The translations under genes and the position numbers were made by a program. From Planctomycetota bacterium (GTDB lineage: Bacteria > Planctomycetota > Planctomycetia > Pirellulales > UBA1268), in assembly GCA_029978905.1 (NCBI GenBank), contig JAPOIM010000003.1, positions 37,528 through 101,527 on the forward strand: a stretch of DNA of 64,000 nucleotides. Reading direction: 5' to 3'. This document shows positions 29,751 through 37,103 of the stretch, in pieces (positions within the stretch are counted from its first letter, which is position 1; every line of letters starts with the position of its first letter). The notes beneath the pieces are model-generated. The model was given only the letters and a program-made list of their open reading frames with translations, made no database searches and was not told the DNA's origin.

Positions 29751-31079
29751 ATGCACCACCCCGAGCCCATCGAACGCCTCGTGAACCTGCTCGATCCTGC
29801 GGGCAACCTGATCTTCAACATGTCTGTTGATGAGGCGGTGGCACGCGTCGGCTCGGGCGATCCAGCGAAGGTCCGCGAGATCGAAGGGCAGTTTGCTCTC
29901 GTGCATCGCGATGGAAAGCAGATTCGCCTGGCCCGCTCGATCGGCCGACCGCTGCGGTATTTCATCGCCAAGAAGGCGGCCGGTCCTGTGCTGATCACGG
30001 CCGATCGCATCGACGCGATTCATGCGTGGCTCAAGCAGGAAGGGCTCGCCGATCAGTTTCATCCCTCCTACACCCGCATGGTGCCGGCCCACCACATCAT
30101 GGAGCTGCACCTCGTCGGCTGCCCCGATCCTAGCCCCACCTGCACCCGCTTCTTCACGCCGGAGCGGAATCGCTGGTCGACAAGCCTTGATGACATCGGC
30201 CGCCGCTACATGCAGGCGGTGCAAGACTCGATCGATCACTGGCTCGATCGCATCGGTCCGCACGAGCCGATCGGCGTGCTCTTCTCGGGCGGGATCGATA
30301 GCGGCGCTCTCGTGGTGCTCCTCCACGACCGGCTGCTGGCTCGTGGCGAGTCACCGCAGCGGCTCAAAGCCTTCACGCTCTCGGTCGAGAGCGACGGCGC
30401 TGACCTGCGACAGGCCCGCGAGTTTCTGCATGCGCTGCAGATGGACTATCTGCTCGAGGCGGTTGAGGTGAGCCCGGAGGAGATCAGCCTCGCCGATGCC
30501 ATCCGGGCCCTCGAAGACTACAAGCCGCTCGATGTGCAGGCGGCGGCCGCGACGCTCGCTTTGTGCCGAGGCATTCGACAGCGGTATCCCGAGTGGAAGC
30601 ATCTCGTCGATGGTGATGGTGGCGATGAGAACCTCAAGGATTACCCGATTGAAGACAATCCGGAACTGACGATCCGCAGCGTTCTCAACAACCTGATGCT
30701 CTATCAGGAAGGCTGGGGGGTGGAGGCGATCAAGCATTCCCTGACCTACTCCGGCGGTCAGAGCCGCGGCCACGTGCGCAGCTACGCACCGGCAGCCACG
30801 CTCGGCTTCCAAGGCTTCAGCCCGTATGCCCTCCCCAACGTGATCGAGGTGGCCGAGGGCATTCCCTTTATTGAGCTCACCGACTGGGATCACGAGAAGC
30901 TCTACGCCCTCAAGGGCGAGATTGTCTGCCGCGGACTGAAACTCCTCACGGGCCGCGACATGCCGGTCTTTCCCAAGCGGCGATTCCAGGCAGGGATCAG
31001 TGCGGAGGGCACGGTCGAGGCGCTCTTTCCCGCAGACCCGCAGCTCTACCGTCGGCTCTTCCAGGAGTGCTGGAGCTGA
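29751..31079 (+). CDS. Asparagine-synthase-related ATP pyrophosphatase/amide ligase
   Basis: PP-loop LFSGGIDSG, DGDGGDE, PKRRFQ and a GQFALV Ntn remnant. Real start is probably MHHPEP at 29751; the upstream part of the track ORF is antisense to the FG-GAP gene. Confidence 0.82.
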   Translation: MHHPEPIERLVNLLDPAGNLIFNMSVDEAVARVGSGDPAKVREIEGQFALVHRDGKQIRLARSIGRPLRYFIAKKAAGPVLITADRIDAIHAWLKQEGLADQFHPSYTRMVPAHHIMELHLVGCPDPSPTCTRFFTPERNRWSTSLDDIGRRYMQAVQDSIDHWLDRIGPHEPIGVLFSGGIDSGALVVLLHDRLLARGESPQRLKAFTLSVESDGADLRQAREFLHALQMDYLLEAVEVSPEEISLADAIRALEDYKPLDVQAAAATLALCRGIRQRYPEWKHLVDGDGGDENLKDYPIEDNPELTIRSVLNNLMLYQEGWGVEAIKHSLTYSGGQSRGHVRSYAPAATLGFQGFSPYALPNVIEVAEGIPFIELTDWDHEKLYALKGEIVCRGLKLLTGRDMPVFPKRRFQAGISAEGTVEALFPADPQLYRRLFQECWS

Positions 31080-31117
31080 CGCTTGGCGAGTCGGGCCGGC
31101 TCGGGGGCTTTCCTGCC

Positions 31118-32590
31118 CTACCGCGGGGCGGTGTGGGCGAAGCGGTTGGCAGCGCTCGGGTTGAAGAGCCCGGCCGTGTCGTAGCGCTGCAGCGACTCAT
31201 GGAGGCTCGCGAGCGTGTCGGCAACGTCAGCGACACCGGCCGCGGCCCGCAGTAGCGTGTTGCGGGCGGCGGTAAGATCCCGACGCAGAGGCGATGCGTC
31301 GGCTGCCAAGAAGCCGCATGCGTGGGGAGGAGTGCCTGCCTTCGCTGTCTGCTCAAAGCGGATTGTGGCGAGAAAAAAGAGGGTGCAGGCTGCGCGAAAG
31401 AGCCGCGGTTCCCCCATCGTGACGTAGGCGGCACTCACGAGTTGGTCGATCCAGCGGATCTCGTCGCAGACGGCTGTGCCGTAGGTCAACCAGTCATCGC
31501 TGGCATGGCGATCGGTCAGCAGCAGATCGGCGACTCTGGCCACGCCATGCACGGCGTGGGCGATGCCGGTGCTGTGGAGCGGATCGACGAAGCCTGCGGT
31601 CGTGGGCAGCATCGCCCATCCAGGACCGGAGGCGTGTGACCACGCCCGCTGCAGCGGGCCCATGGCAGCGAGAGGTTGAACGGGGTCGGCCGACTCTAAG
31701 AGCGACCACAGGCTGGGGTAATCGCGGAGGAGTTCTCGCCAGAGGTGGTCGAGGTTGGCGGTGCGGTCTGGAGGGTTGCCCGGCTCGATAAGGCCCACAC
31801 TCGTGAGTCCGTCATCGAATCGCAGCATCCACAGCCAGCCATGCTCGAGCAGGTGATGCTGCGCGGCATCATCGGAGCGAAACGGCGCGATCGTGGAGGC
31901 GTCACCTGCCGCGAGACGCTGAGCATCCCAACTGCCGGCGTTGCGAAAGTGACTAAAGATTGCTGACGTGTGGGTTTCGAGGGCGGCATCCTGGCGGCGG
32001 AGGCCAAGGGTCACGCCGAGCACGCCGGCCGCGCCGCTGGCATCGATGACCACGTCGCAGCAGATCTGTTCCTCGTGGGCAGCGTCATCGGCCTGCCAGG
32101 AGAGGTGCCAGCGATCTGCCTCGCGCTCAAGCCGTGTGAGTCGACAGCCTTCTCGCGCGAGCCCGCCTGCGGCCTGTGCCTGCTCAAAGAGCCATGCGTC
32201 CACATCCGCGCGGAGCCAGTGCGTGTCGCTCTGCTCGTCGCTGCTGCTGGCGGCGACGAGCAGCGAGGCTTCGTGGTCGGGCGTGTCGGTGTAGGGCTTG
32301 CCTCGGTGATGCCGGAAGTAGGAGAAGCCTCGCTTCTTGCCGCAGCGGAGCTTCGGCAGGTGGGTCTTCCAGGAGCCATACCTGGAGAGCGGAGCGAGGG
32401 CTGGGAGTTGGTATCGCGCGGCGAGGTCGGCAATCACCATGTCGGCAGCCGGTGTGCTCGACTCACCGATCGCAAACCGTGGATGGTGGAGGCGGTCGAT
32501 GATCGCCACCCGCATCCCCTGTGACGCGAGGATCCAGGCAAGCAGGCTGCCGCTGAAGCCACTGCCGATGATCACGACGTCACACGTCAT
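31118..32590 (-). CDS. Flavin-dependent halogenase-like oxidoreductase
   Basis: GSGFSG, PRFAIGES, KKRGFSYF (candidate catalytic Lys), GWLWMLR (WxWxI-like) and FVDPLHSTG. ATG overlaps the radical SAM stop. Confidence 0.8.
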   Translation of the reverse strand: MTCDVVIIGSGFSGSLLAWILASQGMRVAIIDRLHHPRFAIGESSTPAADMVIADLAARYQLPALAPLSRYGSWKTHLPKLRCGKKRGFSYFRHHRGKPYTDTPDHEASLLVAASSSDEQSDTHWLRADVDAWLFEQAQAAGGLAREGCRLTRLEREADRWHLSWQADDAAHEEQICCDVVIDASGAAGVLGVTLGLRRQDAALETHTSAIFSHFRNAGSWDAQRLAAGDASTIAPFRSDDAAQHHLLEHGWLWMLRFDDGLTSVGLIEPGNPPDRTANLDHLWRELLRDYPSLWSLLESADPVQPLAAMGPLQRAWSHASGPGWAMLPTTAGFVDPLHSTGIAHAVHGVARVADLLLTDRHASDDWLTYGTAVCDEIRWIDQLVSAAYVTMGEPRLFRAACTLFFLATIRFEQTAKAGTPPHACGFLAADASPLRRDLTAARNTLLRAAAGVADVADTLASLHESLQRYDTAGLFNPSAANRFAHTAPR

Positions 32591-33555
32591 GCCTGGCACC
32601 CACACGTGAGGTCGGGGCGAGAAATGTGCCGCTGGGTCAAGTTCATCGCCGCCAGCCGGGCCTGCCGCACCGGACGGCAGACGTCGCAACTTCCCGCGAG
32701 CGTGGGGAAGTCCCAGAGATCGATGGTCACCACGGTCGCGGTGGCCGCGGCGACCTCAGACGGCTCCGACAGGGCCGCGTCCGCCACGGCCTCAAGGTCC
32801 GCCGCGGTGGGGAGGCGGAGCGGTCCGTCGTCAAGCAACCGATCGACCCAGCCATTGCCACGTCGCAGCGGCACGATGCTCACGTGCCGGATGCCACACT
32901 CTCGCGCAAACGCCACCGACCGCAGGCACCACGCCACCGCCTCGTCTGGAGCGATGCCCGGCACACCGAGCAGCACGAAGGCCCGCGTGTCCACACCCCA
33001 CGCAGCGAGCGTCTCGCAGGCGCGGGCCATGTCGTCGAGCGTCATCTGTTTGTTGAGGGCGGCGAGGGCTTCCGGGTGCGCGGTTTCCAGGCCCATGGCC
33101 ACCTCGAGTTGGCCAGAGAGCTGATCGCGAAACGCCGGCACCACCTCACTGCAGAGACGCGGATGGTTTTCTACGACCACCCGTTCAAACGAAGCGACGA
33201 GGCTTGCGATTTCGGGAAGATCCTCCCGCGGCACGCTCCGGTGATCAAAGAAGTTGCTGCCGTTGTAGAGCTTGATCCAGCGGGGAGGCTTGGCACCAGG
33301 GGCTGGGTGCGCGAGGCCGTGGCGAATCTGCTGCGGCAGGATGCCTGGGGGCGTCGGCGTGGGGAGCGTATGCTTCCAGAGGTCACACATGCTGCAGGTG
33401 AAGCGGCACTCGCCACCGGTGAGGAGCATCACCCTGGTGCTGACACCCACTCCCGGCGAGGCTGTCTCTTCCTCATCCCACACGGCCTGCGGGACCTCGA
33501 GCGCCACGTCCGCTCGCGCCCCTCGCAGGCTGCGGATCTCGGCTGAAGCAGCCAT
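32587..33555 (-). CDS. Radical SAM enzyme, RaSEA/TIGR01210-like
   Basis: CRFTCSMC (CxxxCxxC), KLYNGSNFFD, VENHP and LEVAMGLETAHP..LNKQMT. Confidence 0.85.
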   Translation of the reverse strand: MAASAEIRSLRGARADVALEVPQAVWDEEETASPGVGVSTRVMLLTGGECRFTCSMCDLWKHTLPTPTPPGILPQQIRHGLAHPAPGAKPPRWIKLYNGSNFFDHRSVPREDLPEIASLVASFERVVVENHPRLCSEVVPAFRDQLSGQLEVAMGLETAHPEALAALNKQMTLDDMARACETLAAWGVDTRAFVLLGVPGIAPDEAVAWCLRSVAFARECGIRHVSIVPLRRGNGWVDRLLDDGPLRLPTAADLEAVADAALSEPSEVAAATATVVTIDLWDFPTLAGSCDVCRPVRQARLAAMNLTQRHISRPDLTCGCQA

Positions 33556-33560
33556 GGCGG

Positions 33561-34913
33561 TCAGACGAGCACGGAATCAAGCCGGCCCGTCGAGTCGCCA
33601 AAGTGATCCTGCGGCGCGCCCATGATGTCGAGCATCGTGAGGTAAAGATTCGACATCGGCTGCTCATCGGACAGCACGAGGTTGCGACCGGTGGTCAGTC
33701 GACCTCCTGCAGAGCCAGCCATGATCACCGGCAGGTCGTTGTGGTTATGCCGGTTTCCATCGGAGAGGCCACTCGTGTAGAGCAGCATCGAGTTGTCGAG
33801 CAGGCTGCGGCCATTCTCTTCGCGGATGTCCTTCATGCGGGCCAGCACGTAGGCCAGCTGCTCACCGTAGAAACGGTCGATGCGGGCAATCTTTTCGAGG
33901 TTCTCTTCCTTGCCCTGATGGTGTGAGAGGTTGTGGTGGCCATCCCCCACACCCACTTCAGGGAAGCTGCGGTTGCTGCCATCGTGGGCGAGCATGAAGG
34001 TGGCGATCCGCGTGGAGTCGGTCTGGAAGGCGAGCACCATCATGTCGGCCATCAGACGGATGTGATCGGCATACGAGGATGGCGGACGATCGGGCAGTAC
34101 GAGCTCCGGCACGCCGGCGACCGACTCAGGGTTAAACGCAGCCACCCGCTGTTCGATCTCGCGAACACCGGTGAGGTACTCGTCGAGTTTGCGACGATCA
34201 TTCGTGCCGAGGTTCTGCGAAAGCCCACGAGCTTCGCCGAGCACAAAGTCGAGGATCGACTTCTGTTCTTGCTGTCGGGCGGCCAGGCTTTCCGCCCGCT
34301 CATGACCGCTGCCCGCGCCAAAGAGCCGCTCAAACACGAGCCGCGGGTTGGTCTCCGCCGTGGCCGGCTGGTTCTCACTCCGCCACGACATGTTGAAGGA
34401 GTAGGCGCAGGAGTAGCCCGAGTCGCAGTTGCCACTCTTGCGGGATGCGTCACAGGAAAGTTCAAGCGAGGGGAAGCGGGTGTTGTTGCCGATCACGCTC
34501 GCCGCAACCTGGTCAACGGAGACGCCGGCCTTGATGTCGGCGCCTGCGGTCTTGCGGGGGCGCGCGCCCGTGAGAATGGTGGCCACGGCTCGGGCATGGT
34601 CACCCGCCCCGTCGGGCCCAGCGAAGCCATTTTGCTGGGCAAGGCCGCGGATGAACTGCAGGTCGTGGCGGAAGGAGGTCAGCGCTTCCAGCGAGGGACC
34701 AAAGGAGTAGTCGGCGCCGCTTCCCGTGGGCATCCACCGTTCGACGTTCACACCGTTGGGGATGTAGAGAAACGCCATGCGCGTGGGGACGGCGGCGGCC
34801 GCGGCGGCGTGAGCGGGGCTGGCTAGCGAACCCAACGTGGGCAGCGCGAGCGAAACACCAAGCCCCCGCAGCAGGGAGCGGCGGCTGATTTCGTTGCGGC
34901 GTGCGTTCGACAT
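33561..34913 (-). CDS. DUF1552 (HXXSHH) protein with Tat-like signal
   Basis: SRRSLLRGLG, YIPNG, CDSGYSCAY, TDSTRIAT, HHNLSHH and HNHNDLP. GAGGAG precedes the start. Confidence 0.9.
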   Translation of the reverse strand: MSNARRNEISRRSLLRGLGVSLALPTLGSLASPAHAAAAAAVPTRMAFLYIPNGVNVERWMPTGSGADYSFGPSLEALTSFRHDLQFIRGLAQQNGFAGPDGAGDHARAVATILTGARPRKTAGADIKAGVSVDQVAASVIGNNTRFPSLELSCDASRKSGNCDSGYSCAYSFNMSWRSENQPATAETNPRLVFERLFGAGSGHERAESLAARQQEQKSILDFVLGEARGLSQNLGTNDRRKLDEYLTGVREIEQRVAAFNPESVAGVPELVLPDRPPSSYADHIRLMADMMVLAFQTDSTRIATFMLAHDGSNRSFPEVGVGDGHHNLSHHQGKEENLEKIARIDRFYGEQLAYVLARMKDIREENGRSLLDNSMLLYTSGLSDGNRHNHNDLPVIMAGSAGGRLTTGRNLVLSDEQPMSNLYLTMLDIMGAPQDHFGDSTGRLDSVLV

Positions 34914-34968
34914 GATGGGTCTCCTCAACAAAGTCTCGTTTGGTTGAACGAGCGACGGGCGTCCGAGG

Positions 34969-36957
34969 TTACGGTCGGCGATACTGAAAAGGCACGCTTG
35001 TGACCACACCTCGCACGATATCGGTCAGGCTTCCGCCAGCGTCGGCCTGGTCTACGATTTTATCGACTGCGGGGGCATCGAAGTATTCCACTCCACGGCC
35101 GAGGGCGTAGGTCATGACTTTTTCGCTCAAACAGCGGTGAAAGTCGGTTTTTCGCGGGCCCGCGATCGTTTCGGCAAGTTCCTGCACGTTGGCGAAGGAC
35201 TCGCCTGTAATGAGTGTGCCGGCTGTATCGATGCTGTCGGCCTGCTCTCCCCGCCACTGGCCGATCGCGTTGTACTGCTCAAGGGCGAGGCCCAGCGGAT
35301 CCATCCGGGCGTGGCAGGAGGCGCAGAGGGCGTCTTTGCGATGGAGTTCCATCAGTTCTCGCATGCTCGCATCCTCGCCGACCCCGGCGGCCACCTCTTC
35401 CAAGGTAGGCACATCGGCTGGTGGCGGTGGAGGTGGGGTGCCGAGAAGATTCGTGAGAATGAAGAGACCTCGCTTCACCGGCGACGTGCGTGATGGATTG
35501 GAGGTCACCATCAGAAAGCTTGCCTGTGTCAGCAGGCCACCGCGATGACTTCCTTCGGGCAGGTCCACCAGCTGCATGCTCTCCCCTTCGATATCGGGCA
35601 CGCCGTAGAAGCGGGCCAAGCGATCGTTGAGAAAGGTTGACTTGCCCACGATCAGGTCGGTCGCCGGTAGGCCTTCTCGCAGCAGGTGCGCGAAGAGCAT
35701 CTCGGTCTCACGCTTCATCGCTTGCCGAAGGTGGTAGTTGAAGAATCGGTCTGCGCCGCCGCGACGTCGACGATCGTCGCCTTCGTCGCTGTTGAAGACC
35801 ACGACGGCGTTGAGATCGAAGGGAAGAGTTTCCACATCGCGCGTCTGCAGCCACTGACCAACGAAGTTCTCCACGAAGGCGTTGCTCCGCTCATCGGCGA
35901 TCATGCGGTCGATCTGCCCATCGAGTTCGGCCCGCAGCCGCCCTTCGCGAGCAAGCGTGAAGAGCTCCGCATCAGGCATCGTGCTCCACAGGAAGTAGGA
36001 GAGCCGTGAGGCGAGCGAGTAGTCGTCGATCGGCTGTGCCTGCGGGCCGAGATCATCGCCACCTGTGTCAGCCACATCTTCGATGCGAAATAAGAAGCGT
36101 GGCGAGGCGATCACAGCAGCCGCAGCAGCAGCGATACGGTGCTCAAAGGGAGTGCCGTCGCCGCCCGCCGATTTCGCGACAGTCACCAGCCGTCCGAGCG
36201 TGGCGTCGTCTACGGGCCTGCGGTAACCGCGGTCGGCGAGCGTGCGGAGGGTTTCGCGGAGATGCCGTTCGGCTTCCACTTCGTCGCCAGGCGGGGGGCC
36301 GAGCGGGAAGAGCCGCTGATAGAGTTCACGGTAGCCTTCGCCATCGCGAGAGCGTGCCTCGTCGGCAATCTGTTCGGCAACTCGTGAGGCAACGCCGACA
36401 TATTTCTCCAGCAGCAGTGGTGAGATGGAGAGCACGGCCCCGATTGTGTCGAAGCCGTAGCCAGTGTCGTCTGGAGGAAGTTCGTAGGTGACGTCGATGT
36501 CGACACCCGTGAGATCGCGAACGGTGTTGGCATACTCCACGCGGTTGAGCCGTCGCAGCACCACCTGCCCCGGATCGGGGTGGGCAGCATCGATGCCCAG
36601 CACGTCGGTCTCGACATACTGCAGCAGGGCGGCTTTTTCGTCGGCGGTCGGCTGGGGGGCATCGGCTGGCGGCATGATGCCCGCCCGCACGTTTCGCACC
36701 ACCGTGGCCCATGCGGCGACATCGCTCTCGGCAGCCGGTGTGCCGAGGTGCTCAAGCAGCCTGTCGAGGGCCACGCCTCCTTCTTCAGCCCCGTCGCAGT
36801 GGCAGTCACCACACGACTGCCGCAGCAGGTCGCCGCCGGCGTCGCCGCGAGTGACGGCTGCGGTCAGGCAGAGCAGCAGCGCGAGGGCTGCCCGTGGCAT
36901 CACCACCTGAGCGTTCCCGAGACGCTCGCGGCGTGTTCTCTCGTCGACTCTCGACAT
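34969..36957 (-). CDS. DUF1592/DUF1588 planctomycete cytochrome-c domain protein (short form)
   Basis: CGDCH, MPP, LRRLNRVEYANTVRDL, LASRLSYFLWSTMPD, TSPVKRG and CASCH. Start uncertain (36900-36957). Confidence 0.88.
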   Translation of the reverse strand: MSRVDERTRRERLGNAQVVMPRAALALLLCLTAAVTRGDAGGDLLRQSCGDCHCDGAEEGGVALDRLLEHLGTPAAESDVAAWATVVRNVRAGIMPPADAPQPTADEKAALLQYVETDVLGIDAAHPDPGQVVLRRLNRVEYANTVRDLTGVDIDVTYELPPDDTGYGFDTIGAVLSISPLLLEKYVGVASRVAEQIADEARSRDGEGYRELYQRLFPLGPPPGDEVEAERHLRETLRTLADRGYRRPVDDATLGRLVTVAKSAGGDGTPFEHRIAAAAAAVIASPRFLFRIEDVADTGGDDLGPQAQPIDDYSLASRLSYFLWSTMPDAELFTLAREGRLRAELDGQIDRMIADERSNAFVENFVGQWLQTRDVETLPFDLNAVVVFNSDEGDDRRRRGGADRFFNYHLRQAMKRETEMLFAHLLREGLPATDLIVGKSTFLNDRLARFYGVPDIEGESMQLVDLPEGSHRGGLLTQASFLMVTSNPSRTSPVKRGLFILTNLLGTPPPPPPADVPTLEEVAAGVGEDASMRELMELHRKDALCASCHARMDPLGLALEQYNAIGQWRGEQADSIDTAGTLITGESFANVQELAETIAGPRKTDFHRCLSEKVMTYALGRGVEYFDAPAVDKIVDQADAGGSLTDIVRGVVTSVPFQYRRP

Positions 36958-37103
36958 AAAACCCTTGCTCTCCGAGGCTGCGTCATGCTGCGTTGGCGGA
37001 ACTTGCACCCTACCATCCCCGTGTGGCTCAGGCCACGCCGCTGCCCCCTCTCGGAGCCGTGCCCGGGCTACCATAGAAGGCCTCACCAGCTCCCACGGTG
37101 CCC

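Noticed and set aside
29445-33555. Lasso-peptide or other RiPP cluster interpretation
   Set aside because: No B1/RRE or B2 protease, no convincing precursor, and no SPASM domain on the radical SAM enzyme.
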